Positions 41,446 through 50,492 are shown, counted from the first letter of the stretch. The stretch: DNA of 64,000 bases from an uncultured Actinomycetota bacterium (GCA_964387355.1 CAYLWJ010000107.1:1669-65668); one strand, 5' to 3'. Program-made: numbers and translations. Notes: generated from the letters alone by a model not told the origin.

Positions 41446-41521
41446 TGGTGGGTCGTACAGGCTTCGAACCTGTGACCCCCTGATTAAGAGTCAGGTGCTC
41501 TGCCAGCTGAGCTAACGACCC
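41446..41521 (-). tRNA. tRNA-Lys (anticodon CTT), CCA encoded
   Basis: Reverse complement GGGTCGTTAGCTCAGCTGGCAGAGCACCTGACTCTTAATCAGGGGGTCACAGGTTCGAAGCCTGTACGACCCACCA. Anticodon loop CTCTTAA. Confidence 0.85.
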
Positions 41522-41584
41522 ATTGCAACCTATAGCAACGCATATTGCTTAAAATATATAATAATTAATACCTAAAATAACCAA

Positions 41585-41661
41585 TGGCACGCCTGGAGGG
41601 ATTCGAACCCCCGACGCACGGATTCGAAGTCCGACGCTCTATCCAACTGAGCTACAGGCGC
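41585..41661 (-). tRNA. tRNA-Arg (anticodon TCG), CCA encoded
   Basis: Reverse complement GCGCCTGTAGCTCAGTTGGATAGAGCGTCGGACTTCGAATCCGTGCGTCGGGGGTTCGAATCCCTCCAGGCGTGCCA. Anticodon loop CTTCGAA. Confidence 0.8.
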
Positions 41662-41763
41662 TAATCATACAATAAAGTCACAAGCACTAAATAAATTAAC
41701 AAAATAAAATCATATAATTTATATAATTAAATCATATAATAAAACATATAATAAAAATAAAAA

Positions 41764-41842
41764 TGGGGTGAGAAACGGGATTCGAACCCGCGGCCTCAGG
41801 AGCCACAATCCTGCGCTCTAATCCAGCTGAGCTATTCCCACC
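41764..41842 (-). tRNA. tRNA-His (anticodon GTG) with encoded G-1 and CCA
   Basis: Reverse complement GGTGGGAATAGCTCAGCTGGATTAGAGCGCAGGATTGTGGCTCCTGAGGCCGCGGGTTCGAATCCCGTTTCTCACCCCA. The extra 5' G pairs with the discriminator C. Confidence 0.85.
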
Positions 41843-41895
41843 ACAAAATTTAAAATAATTTACTAATTTTTAAAATAATTTACTAATTTACTTAA

Positions 41896-41972
41896 TGGCG
41901 CGCTTGAAAGGATTCGAACCTTCGACCTACGGATTAGAAGTCCGTCGCTCTATCCAACTGAGCTACAAGCGC
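41896..41972 (-). tRNA. tRNA-Arg (anticodon TCT), CCA encoded
   Basis: Reverse complement GCGCTTGTAGCTCAGTTGGATAGAGCGACGGACTTCTAATCCGTAGGTCGAAGGTTCGAATCCTTTCAAGCGCGCCA. Anticodon loop CTTCTAA. Confidence 0.85.
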
Positions 41973-42245
41973 ATCAGACAAATAACTTTATAGAACAATT
42001 CTATAATCTTATATAATCAAAATAAACCTATCAAAACAAACCTATATTATTATATCAAAACAAAAAAATTTAACAAAATACCAGTATATAATTACTAATT
42101 CAAATAAGAATTGTCAATAATAATTTTTTTTGAAATTCAAAATAATAATCTAATATAACTAAAAATACAAGCCTAATTATTTAAAAGCGTTAGCATCTAA
42201 AATTTCTCATAACAATAAAAGTTAAGCTTAATTGATACGGCTTAT

Positions 42246-42392
42246 AGATATGGCTTTCTATTGAAAAAACGTTTTGAAGGCTTAAAGCGGGCATGGTTCC
42301 TCCTTTAGAAGGAAAGCGAAGCCTTAAAACTTGAACTATCTTTTTTTCGCTGGGAAAAAGCTAGCGTGTTTTTGAAATAGAAAGCCATATCT
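42246..42392. ncRNA. candidate structured non-coding RNA (long imperfect hairpin, ~28-bp closing stem plus internal helices; 6S-RNA-like architecture, family not identified)
   Basis: AGATATGGCTTTCTATTGAAAAAACG (42246-) pairs with CGTGTTTTTGAAATAGAAAGCCATATCT (-42392). Internal complementary AAGGCTT/AAGCCTT and CCTT/AAGG helices. A local GC-richer island inside a 700-nt non-coding gap between tRNA-Arg and the ADH gene. Confidence 0.25.
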
Positions 42393-42676
42393 TTTATTTT
42401 ACTTTTCATCACGAAATTTTAGGTGCTTCCTTTAAAAGCTAATTATTTAAAATGTTATTTTAAAATGCTAAAACTGCAGAAATAATCGCAGAACTAATTA
42501 TGAACTAATTATAGAAATAAAAGATTAGAAATAACTACCAATTTTTTAGTTTAACTTTATATTAACAATTTAAATTTTTTTGCACTTTATAAAAAATGTT
42601 TATATAGATGCCATATACCTATGAATATCGACAAAAGATATTAAAATTAGGTATCTTAAAAACAATATAAAGAACA

Positions 42677-43849
42677 TTATAAGCATAAACTCAAAATTTC
42701 CTTAACCTTATTAATATCGTAATCTTTAACATTCCAAACATCTGCAAGCTCAAGTATACTGCCTGCTAACTTATCAATTTCATTTGTTGGAATATTTGCA
42801 TCTTTAAATGATACAGGGCTTTTTATTTGGATAAACCAATTCTTTAAAGCTTCTATTCCTTTTAAAGCAGTATCTTCATCATCACTGCCTTTTATCTCAA
42901 AAACATTTTTAGCAAATTTTACATATTTAGAAATATTTTTCTTATAATTATATTTCATCCAACCTGGCACAATAATTGAAAGAGTTGCTCCATGAGCTAA
43001 ATCATAGTAAGCACCTAAAATGTGTCCAAACATGTGGTTAGGAACTGAAAAATCACCAATTCCAGCTGTTCCAAGACCATTCCATGCAAGTGAAGCTGCC
43101 CACATAAAAGTAGCCCTTGCCTGATAATTAGTTAAATCTTTTAAAATTGTATTTGTTGCTTCAATAATAGTTTTTACTAATCCTTCAACATATCTATCTT
43201 GTATAGGACAGTTAGGGTCATTTGAAGTAAAATAACCCTCTAAAAGATGTATAACAGCATCAACTGCAGCATAAGCAGTATAGTCAGCAGGTATAGTCAA
43301 AGTAACCGATGGGTCAAGTATAGATACTTTTGGATATAGATTCTGATTAATAAACCCAAATTTTTGTTTTTTCTCTTCATTTGTCAACACTGTTCCGCCA
43401 TTATATTCAGAAGCTGTTGCAGGAACAGTTAACACTGTTAAAACAGGCAAGGCTTTTTTTATCTCAGATTTGCCATTATAAAAATCCCAGACATCTCCAT
43501 CGTATAGGGCACCTGCTGCAATTGCTTTTCCTTCATCAATTACACTACCACCTCCAACAGCTAAAATAAAATCAACTTTTTGGCTTTTTGCAATTTCGAT
43601 ACCTTTTCTAGCATGCGAAACCACTGGATTCGGTTTAACTCCGCTATGCTCAATTATTTCAAGGTTATTATCTTTAAGGGATTTTATTACTGTCTGGTAA
43701 ACTCCATTTTTCTTAATAGAACCCATACCATAAACTAATAAAAGTTTTTTGCCATAATCCTTTGCAAAGCTTCCAATTAAAGAAATTTTACCTTTGCCAA
43801 ATACTATTTTAGTAGGAAGACATAATTCAAAATCTTGCATTTTTATCAC
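42677..43849 (-). CDS. iron-containing (group III) alcohol dehydrogenase
   Basis: Fe-ADH signature GGGSVIDEGKAIA, plus His-rich metal-ligand motifs in the C-terminal half. 390 aa. Confidence 0.85.
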   Translation of the reverse strand: MIKMQDFELCLPTKIVFGKGKISLIGSFAKDYGKKLLLVYGMGSIKKNGVYQTVIKSLKDNNLEIIEHSGVKPNPVVSHARKGIEIAKSQKVDFILAVGGGSVIDEGKAIAAGALYDGDVWDFYNGKSEIKKALPVLTVLTVPATASEYNGGTVLTNEEKKQKFGFINQNLYPKVSILDPSVTLTIPADYTAYAAVDAVIHLLEGYFTSNDPNCPIQDRYVEGLVKTIIEATNTILKDLTNYQARATFMWAASLAWNGLGTAGIGDFSVPNHMFGHILGAYYDLAHGATLSIIVPGWMKYNYKKNISKYVKFAKNVFEIKGSDDEDTALKGIEALKNWFIQIKSPVSFKDANIPTNEIDKLAGSILELADVWNVKDYDINKVKEILSLCL

Positions 43850-43921
43850 CTTCTCATATTAATCAATCTAATATATATCAATGCTTTTATACTTCACTTT
43901 AAATTTTATTTGGAAAAAAAA

Positions 43922-43998
43922 TGGAGCGGGAAACGGGATTCGAACCCGCGACCCTCAACTTGGAAGGCTGATGCTCTAGCCAACTGAGCTATTCCCGC
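43922..43998 (-). tRNA. tRNA-Gly (anticodon TCC), CCA encoded
   Basis: Reverse complement GCGGGAATAGCTCAGTTGGCTAGAGCATCAGCCTTCCAAGTTGAGGGTCGCGGGTTCGAATCCCGTTTCCCGCTCCA. Confidence 0.85.
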
Positions 43999-44039
43999 TC
44001 GTAAAGGAAACAAATTTTTGCAAAACACATTAATTTTAA

Positions 44040-44118
44040 TGGTCGGGGTGAGTGGATTTGAACCACCGACCTCCTGCTCCCAAAGCAGGCGCGCTAAACC
44101 AAGCTACGCCACACCCCG
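44040..44118 (-). tRNA. tRNA-Pro (anticodon TGG), CCA encoded
   Basis: Reverse complement CGGGGTGTGGCGTAGCTTGGTTTAGCGCGCCTGCTTTGGGAGCAGGAGGTCGGTGGTTCAAATCCACTCACCCCGACCA. Anticodon loop TTTGGGA. Confidence 0.8.
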
Positions 44119-44370
44119 AAATTTACAAAGTCATAAAAAAATTATCTTTTACCAATTTGTGTATATTATCACATATTTTAAATTTTTCAACAACCAGCCA
44201 ATGTTTTGCTTTATTATATCTTAATATACTTTACTATAATATAATTTAATATAGTGTTAATTTAACATTTAATAGATCATTAACATATCATTTATGACAA
44301 AAAAGTAATACTTATTTTAATATTGTAATGCATATAAATTTTATGTAAAATTGTATGCAGGTGAGTTAAA

Positions 44371-44580
44371 ATGAGAACAACAATAAATATCAATAATGAA
44401 GTAATAAAAGAAGCCCAAGCTTTATACAACACAAATAATCGTTCTAAGGCTATAGAAAATGCCATAAAAGATGCAGTAAGATTTAATAAATTGAAAGAGT
44501 TAATGTCTTTAAAACTAAAAATAAATTTTGATGAAGAATATATAAAAAAAATAAGAAACAGTGAAATAAATGAAGCATAA
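44371..44580 (+). CDS. vapB: type II antitoxin, VapB-like
   Basis: 69-aa protein (MRTTININNEVIKEAQALYNTNNRSKAIENAIKDAV...) overlapping the downstream PIN gene by 11 nt. Confidence 0.65.
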   Translation: MRTTININNEVIKEAQALYNTNNRSKAIENAIKDAVRFNKLKELMSLKLKINFDEEYIKKIRNSEINEA

Positions 44581-44956
44581 AATTATTGTCGATACTTCTG
44601 CATGGATTGAATATTTTAAAAACAACACAACTTTTGTAAAATTTATTGAAGAGAATTTATATATTGATTCAATTTTTATCACAGGTCCAATAATTTCTGA
44701 GCTTCTTCAAGGCACAAAAACTGAAAAAGAGTTAGACCTACTTCTATATTCAATTAAAGCAGTTCCATTTATAGAGTGCAGTTACGATGATTGGGTATCT
44801 GCTGGTCAATTGTCTTTCAATTTAAGAAAAAATGGTAAAATTATCCCGTTAACAGATTTGCTTATTGCTGTAATTGCGCTAAAAAACGATGCTAAAGTAT
44901 TAACACTTGACAATCACTTTAAAGAAATACCTAAAGTCAAATTAATAGAATTGTAG
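44570..44956 (+). CDS. vapC: PIN-domain toxin VapC
   Basis: MKHKIIVDTSAWIEYF... supplies the first acidic residue. The central ELLQG region and LLIAVIALKNDAKVLTLDNHF at the C-terminus give the PIN acidic quartet pattern. Confidence 0.75.
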   Translation: MKHKIIVDTSAWIEYFKNNTTFVKFIEENLYIDSIFITGPIISELLQGTKTEKELDLLLYSIKAVPFIECSYDDWVSAGQLSFNLRKNGKIIPLTDLLIAVIALKNDAKVLTLDNHFKEIPKVKLIEL

Positions 44957-45175
44957 TCTTTAATTGTAGTCTTTTTAAATATAATATTAATATAATATTA
45001 ACTATTATTTGGACTTTGTCAGTTAATCCTTATTTCACCATTTAAAACCTCAAATTTAAGCCCAAAATAACTAAATCTTATTTAAATTACAATATACGCA
45101 TACACTGCTTTATAAATTATAGGCTATTATAGACTATTATATACTATTTGCCATTTTAGCTTTAAAATCATTATA

Positions 45176-45925
45176 CTAAAAAGAACTTAAGTAAACTGCA
45201 ATTTTTGTAAGCGCTTTTGCTCTATGGCTGATTTTATTTTTTTCATTTGTATCAAGCTCAGCCATAGTACAAACATAACCATCCGGAATAAAAATCGGGT
45301 CATAACCAAATCCACCCATTCCCTTCTCTTCAAAGCCTATTGTGCCTTCACAAACACCATTTGATATGTTTAATATTCCTTTAAGAGGGTCATATAAAAC
45401 CATATAACAGATAAATCTTGCTTTTCTATCTTCAATATTTTTGTAAGGTTTTAATTTTTCAAGAAGTTTTATTCTGTTTTCTTCATCAGTGGCATTATCT
45501 CCTGCGTACACTGAGGAAATAACTCCCGGCTCTCCATCTAGGATATCTACTTCAAGACCCGAATCATCTGCTAAAGTTAGCCTTTTTGTAAATTCTGAAA
45601 CAGTTTTGGCCTTTAACACAGCATTTTCTAAAAAACTTTTTTCGCCTTCTATAACATCTGGAAAATTTCTAAAATTTTCAAAAGTTAACCAGTTTATATT
45701 TTTTAGCTTTGCTATATTGTCTTTTATTTTTAATAATTTTTTTTCGCTTAAGTTTTTATTTTTATTTTTATTTTTATTTTTACTAAGGCCAAAATTGTAT
45801 AAATCTAAAAACTGCTTATCTTCAATTCTTATATCTTGAAAAAAATTAATAATTTCTAAAATTTTTCCTTTATTTTTTGTTGCAATTACAATTTCTATAA
45901 CTTTTTCTTTTTCTTCTTTATTCAA
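45176..45925 (-). CDS. rdgB: non-canonical purine NTP pyrophosphatase (RdgB/Ham1 family) with a KN-repeat insertion
   Basis: VIATKNKGKILEI N-terminal motif. C-terminal FGYDPIF and KISHRAKAL motifs. Insertion KNKNKNKNKN. Confidence 0.8.
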   Translation of the reverse strand: MNKEEKEKVIEIVIATKNKGKILEIINFFQDIRIEDKQFLDLYNFGLSKNKNKNKNKNLSEKKLLKIKDNIAKLKNINWLTFENFRNFPDVIEGEKSFLENAVLKAKTVSEFTKRLTLADDSGLEVDILDGEPGVISSVYAGDNATDEENRIKLLEKLKPYKNIEDRKARFICYMVLYDPLKGILNISNGVCEGTIGFEEKGMGGFGYDPIFIPDGYVCTMAELDTNEKNKISHRAKALTKIAVYLSSF

Positions 45926-46199
45926 ATCTTTCCTTTCTGTTCTCTTTATGAATTTTCAAATTTGTAATTTAACTTAAAAACCTTATAAACCTTGAATTAT
46001 ATAATAATGTAATTAATCATAAACCAATTAGTTATTTCTGAATAATTGACTAAAATTTAAAAACTAAAAAAATTTGTGCTTAATGAATTCAAATTTTTTA
46101 CAAAGTAATGAATCATTTAGCAAGAACTACTTAATAAACAAATTTTTTTATATTGATTATAAAACATATATGCCAACATAAGGTTATTACAAAAATATA

Positions 46200-46388
46200 T
46201 TGACATTTTTAAATGAAAGAATAAACACCATGAAAAGGACTACAATTTATTTAGAAGATATAAAAATCAATAAATTACAGGAATATTCGTATAAAAATAA
46301 AATTAATACAGTCTTTACTTTTGATAGAAAATATTTCAATATATACAAACCTAAAAATTTTAAAACCCTAAATATTGTCCCTCTTTAA
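46200..46388 (+). CDS. small ORF, possible relic of a ribbon-helix-helix antitoxin
   Basis: MKRTTIYLEDIKINKLQEY resembles RHH antitoxin N-termini (KRTTIYLxEDL). It sits alone in an 800-nt non-coding interval. Confidence 0.2.
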   Translation: MTFLNERINTMKRTTIYLEDIKINKLQEYSYKNKINTVFTFDRKYFNIYKPKNFKTLNIVPL

Positions 46389-46722
46389 CTAACCAGTCTT
46401 AACATTAATACTATTATCAGGATGCAAAATATTTCAGAAAAAAATTTTTTATTATATTTTATGACTTCAACACCTGCTTATTTTAACATACCTACCATAT
46501 GTCTAAAATAACTTGACATTTTATAATCTCCATTTGATCCTAAAGTAAATATCTATTTATCTATATATATTTTTAAAACAACACTGGATAAAAAATAATA
46601 ATTATGTTTAATTTTTTTAAGTCATTGAAATATAATAAATATTATACTAAAAATATAGAATAATAATTGAATAAATGATATAAAATTATAATAAATAGCA
46701 AATAGTATAATTTAATTATAAA

Positions 46723-47352
46723 ATGAAAACAAAAAGGATAACAAAAAAAGGTATTGTAGTTTTATTTTTTACTTTATCTATTTTTATTGCAGTAGCTGTC
46801 CTGCAAGCTTTTATTTCTGCACATAATATTCTTAACTTTTTTATAAGATTTTTTGGTCTATGGGGTTATTTATCAATGGCAATTGCAGCAATTATGACCC
46901 CATTTTTAAAGGAAATTAACCAAATGTTTGGTAGACCATTTCTAATAATACATCATATCTTTGCATATGCCGGCTTATTTTTAATAACACTACATCCTAT
47001 TTTTTTTGCAATATATTCATCAACTATAGATGTTTTTATCCCAGATTTCTCATCATGGTATAACTTCTGGCTTACTGCAGGCAGGCCTTCTCTAATAGTC
47101 CTTTATATAGCACTTATTGCAATACTACTTCGAAGAAAAATAAAACCTTGGAGAATAATACATGCTCTTATGCATTTAATGCTTTTATTAGGGTTTATCC
47201 ATGCTATATTAATAGGAACGGATTTTAACTCTAAAGCAATACTTGTTATTTATTCTGTTGTTTTTGCAGCAGTAATTGTTTCATTTATAATAAAAAGACT
47301 GCAGCTTTACAGAAATTTAATAAAAAAGAAAAAAATACAAAAAGGATGGTAG
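46723..47352 (+). CDS. ferric-reductase-like transmembrane (FRD; YedZ/MsrQ-type) bis-heme b membrane protein
   Basis: Six predicted TM helices. TM3 HHIFAYAGLFLITLH and TM5 HALMHLMLLLGFIH each carry a His pair spaced 13 residues apart, the classic bis-heme FRD signature. The stop overlaps the next gene's start (ATGGTAG). Confidence 0.7.
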   Translation: MKTKRITKKGIVVLFFTLSIFIAVAVLQAFISAHNILNFFIRFFGLWGYLSMAIAAIMTPFLKEINQMFGRPFLIIHHIFAYAGLFLITLHPIFFAIYSSTIDVFIPDFSSWYNFWLTAGRPSLIVLYIALIAILLRRKIKPWRIIHALMHLMLLLGFIHAILIGTDFNSKAILVIYSVVFAAVIVSFIIKRLQLYRNLIKKKKIQKGW

Positions 47353-48050
47353 AAATGAATTTTAATTTAATACAAAAAAGAAAACTCAATAGTAAATATA
47401 ATATTGTTTATAATATTACTCAAATATCAACAGTTTTTATACTTGGCTTAGTAATTATCCTTATAGCATTGACCAGTAGTTGTAAAAGTTCAAGCAATTT
47501 ACCTGACAAGACAACTGAATTATCCAATACAGAAGCTTCTTTAGACAAAAATTTAGACAAAAACATCGAAACAACTTTTAAAGCTGACGGAATTATAGAG
47601 AGTGGAGAGTATTATGGTTATAAAGATTTAGATGGCTTTGAGGTCTTCTGGTCAAATGCTAATGAAATTGCTTATGTTGCAATTAAAGCCAAAACTGAAG
47701 GATTTGTAGCAATTGGTCTACAACCTGGCAAGACAATGAAAGATGCCGATATGATATTTGGTTTTATTAAAGATGGTAATGTCACAATATATGATATGTT
47801 CAGCACTGGTAATTTTGGGCCTCATAAACCTGATGTTGAGCTGGGCGGTACTAATGATATTATCGATTTTGGTGGTTCAGAGTCAGGCGGATTTACAATA
47901 CTGGAGTTTTCAAGAAAGCTTGTAACTGGCGATAATTTTGACATTGATATAACATTAGGTATTAATAAAATTATATGGGCAATAGGTTCAACGGACAATA
48001 CTGAAATTAAACATATAAAAAGAGGTTATGGTGAAATAGAGCTTAAATAA
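47346..48050 (+). CDS. extracytoplasmic DOMON-domain protein (probable lipoprotein; putative heme b / electron-transfer domain)
   Basis: N-terminal signal sequence with a Cys (ALTSSC). DOMON-type motifs EGFVAIGLQPGKTMKDADMIFGF. ~120-aa beta-rich domain. Translationally coupled to the FRD gene. Confidence 0.65.
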   Translation: MVEMNFNLIQKRKLNSKYNIVYNITQISTVFILGLVIILIALTSSCKSSSNLPDKTTELSNTEASLDKNLDKNIETTFKADGIIESGEYYGYKDLDGFEVFWSNANEIAYVAIKAKTEGFVAIGLQPGKTMKDADMIFGFIKDGNVTIYDMFSTGNFGPHKPDVELGGTNDIIDFGGSESGGFTILEFSRKLVTGDNFDIDITLGINKIIWAIGSTDNTEIKHIKRGYGEIELK

Positions 48051-48436
48051 TCAGTGATTTTATTTCTTTAATATTATTAATTATAAATTTACAGAATATA
48101 AAAATAAAAATTTGAACCTCCAAATTTTATTTTCTAAAATACTTTTCCTATTTTATCTTTAAAAATTTATTTTTTTTCAAATTATATATTGGCATAAATT
48201 GAGTCTGCACCTTTTCCTACTACAATATCTATAATCATATTTTATTGAATAATGATTAAGATAATAAATAATTTTACAAATTAATATATTTATATTATAA
48301 TTTATAAAAGTTTATATTATTATTTAAATATATATATACTATAAATTATTATTATAAATATTTATAAAAATATTTTTTAATTATTAACATTTTTATAAAA
48401 TATTATTAAAGTGACATAATAATTCTGGGGGATAAA

Positions 48437-48916
48437 ATGATTTGGGTTAAGATATTAATTAATTTTATACATTTGGCATCATCTTATGCTTGGTTAGGCT
48501 CAATAATATTTATTGCTTTTGTAGTAAAACCAATACTTAAAAAAGAAATTGAAGCAATTTCTTCTGAGATACTTAAGGTTTTCTTTTCGGTATTCAGAAA
48601 AATTACAGTAATTTCTGTGATATTAATTATTTTCTCAGGTATACTTATGTCTGTTAGGTTAACTAGTAATGAGCTTTCCATCCTTAGTACATACGGAATC
48701 ATTTTTCTTATAAAACATCTATTAATAGCTGTTATAATTGCTCTTTCGCTTGTAGCAAATTTTTATGTTTTTCCTAAAATCAGAAAACTTTGCCAATTAA
48801 AAGCTCCAAATGAGTTATGCTACTATCAGAAACAACTTATAGCTGTATTATCTATAGCAATGATTTTTGGTTTTATTGTTTTGGCGCTCACTGCAACAAT
48901 GCAATTTTTGTCTTAA
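48437..48916 (+). CDS. 4-TM membrane protein, possibly CopD-family-like
   Basis: 159 aa, four hydrophobic helices, with a conserved His in TM1 (INFIHLASSYAWLGS). The assignment is tentative. Confidence 0.35.
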   Translation: MIWVKILINFIHLASSYAWLGSIIFIAFVVKPILKKEIEAISSEILKVFFSVFRKITVISVILIIFSGILMSVRLTSNELSILSTYGIIFLIKHLLIAVIIALSLVANFYVFPKIRKLCQLKAPNELCYYQKQLIAVLSIAMIFGFIVLALTATMQFLS

Positions 48917-48961
48917 AAAAATTACCAAAATTTTAAATCAAATAAATTTGGAGGATAAGAA

Positions 48962-49696
48962 ATGTACAGTTCAACTTCTAACAAAGAAAAAACAATTGAA
49001 AAGTCCATCGCTACAGGCATAGCAGTGGTTATTTTAGGTTTTTTATTACTATTGTTTCCTATGCATAGTATTTTTGCAAAACCTTCAGAATGTGATGACA
49101 TGCCTAAAAGTGGAAGTGTTAAATTAAAAGATGAGCATATTGGAAAAGACTGGGATAGCTTTAATCATGAAAACTGCAATGAATATAAAATTGATAGTGG
49201 ACAAATTTTATGGCATCTTGTTCTTAGCCCGGTTGGAAAAGATGCTGCTGCAACAATCAATGGTGTTTCAGGAGTCAATAAAGGAGGAAGCATTCACTGG
49301 ACCTTTATTATCTCATCTAAAACTGCAGAGGCGTGGGTCGCAGAAGTGAGTAATGGCTTGTGGTATACAGGACCAGATTGCAAATTACAGACGGAACTTA
49401 GGGTAAGCCATACTTGTTCTGGAGAAACGGACACCACAGAGACTACTGCTCCTGAAACAACTGCTGCTGAGACAATTGCTGCCGAAACAACTGTATCAGA
49501 AACCATAACTACTGAAACTACAACAACACCAACTTTAGAGACACAACAATTAGTAAACCTAGAGCCAAAAGGAATAATCGAAGTGCTGGGAATTTCAACT
49601 TTAGCTTATACAGGATTTAACTTTATATACCTTGTTTTTGGTGTTATTTCTTTTATTGCTGGTCTTGTAATACTAGCAGTTAAAAGGATTTTCTAA
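48962..49696 (+). CDS. cell-surface protein with a Cys/His-containing N-terminal domain, Thr/Glu-rich stalk and LAYTG sortase-type sorting signal
   Basis: N-terminal signal/TM segment. A ~115-aa domain with 4 Cys and several His. (TETTAPETTAAETIAAETT...) stalk. LAYTG followed by a hydrophobic stretch and a KR tail. Strong RBS GGAGGA 6 nt before the ATG. Confidence 0.6.
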   Translation: MYSSTSNKEKTIEKSIATGIAVVILGFLLLLFPMHSIFAKPSECDDMPKSGSVKLKDEHIGKDWDSFNHENCNEYKIDSGQILWHLVLSPVGKDAAATINGVSGVNKGGSIHWTFIISSKTAEAWVAEVSNGLWYTGPDCKLQTELRVSHTCSGETDTTETTAPETTAAETIAAETTVSETITTETTTTPTLETQQLVNLEPKGIIEVLGISTLAYTGFNFIYLVFGVISFIAGLVILAVKRIF

Positions 49697-49851
49697 TTGT
49701 CTTCTAATTGTGGGTGTAAGTCTTAGTTTATATTAATATTTAATATGATTGGTCAAAATATTGATTAAAAAAGTTTGCCAAAAAATAAGCTTTTTTAAGC
49801 ATGTAGCTTTTTACAAAATATTTAAAAATATTTTATATGCCGATAAAGCCT

Positions 49852-50492
49852 TCAATGTAAAAAATTATAATTTGAAACAATACTTTGAAAAAAGTTCTTT
49901 ACCTCTTCAACACTGTATTTCTCTTTTAAAAATTCTACATTAAAATCTTTAATATCTTCAAAATAAACAAGCTGAGACAGAAAAAGTTTTTCAGAAAATT
50001 GCCCAGAAAATTTCTCCTTGGCATCTGCAATTACTTGGCTAAAGCTAAAACCATTTTTTAGAATAATAAATAGATCAACATAATCACGATATTCAGATCT
50101 TCTTCCAATAGCGTATGCTTTGTCTGAAGCAATATCTTTATAAGATGACAGTTTTATAAAATTTTTAACTACAACCGGTTTGTATTTTCTTTTAAAAGGG
50201 AAAAAAATAAATGAAACTTTTATTATGCTATTTGCAATAAATGTAAGCTCATCCCAATTGTCAACAAGAATTTCAATTTGTGAATTAAAAGCCTTTGATG
50301 CTAGCTTTACAAAACCTGATGGAATTTCATATGTGGAAAAAATAAGTCAAAAACGTATGATCTCCTGATAGGTTTTTGCAGCATAAGCGCAGTCCCGCCT
50401 GAAAGAAATCCTTTCTTGTTAAAAAAGGGTTCAAGGCTAATTAGGATTTTTTCTTCGCTCTTTTTAAGCAGATTAATAAAAACTTCTGACAT
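49852..50492 (-). pseudogene. AbiEii/AbiGii-like nucleotidyltransferase (type IV TA / abortive-infection toxin family), frameshifted in a poly-A run near 50335-50341
   Basis: N-terminal part (50307..50492) reads ...FLSGGTALMLQKPIRRSYVFDLFF, matching the GGTAL...HRxSxDLDxF motif. After a +1 shift the frame continues ...KAFNSQIEILVDNWDELTFIANS...YAIGRRSEYRDYVDLFIILKNGFSFSQ... to a stop at 49854-49852. Confidence 0.55.

Noticed and set aside
42280-42400. 37-codon minus-strand ORF with AGGAGGAACCATG inside the structured element
   Set aside because: Kept only as an alternative reading of the ncRNA candidate. The peptide (MPALSLQNVFSIESHIYKPYQLSLTFIVMRNFRC) has no recognisable features and the region is dominated by long-range base pairing.
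42170-42420. Possibility that the structured element is SRP RNA, RNase P RNA, tmRNA or a T-box
   Set aside because: I could not find the helix-8 GGAA-tetraloop motif of SRP RNA, the GGAAAGUCC / ACAGAA(A)CCCGGCUUA cores of RNase P, the tRNA-like 5'-GGGG / 3'-CCA ends with a tag reading frame of tmRNA, or the AGGGUGGNACCGCG T-box motif. The element is also too short (about 150 nt) for RNase P or tmRNA.
44018-44249. Two overlapping plus-strand ORFs (68 and 65 aa)
   Set aside because: They run antisense across the tRNA-Pro gene and its flanks. No RBS and tRNA-like composition. Spurious.
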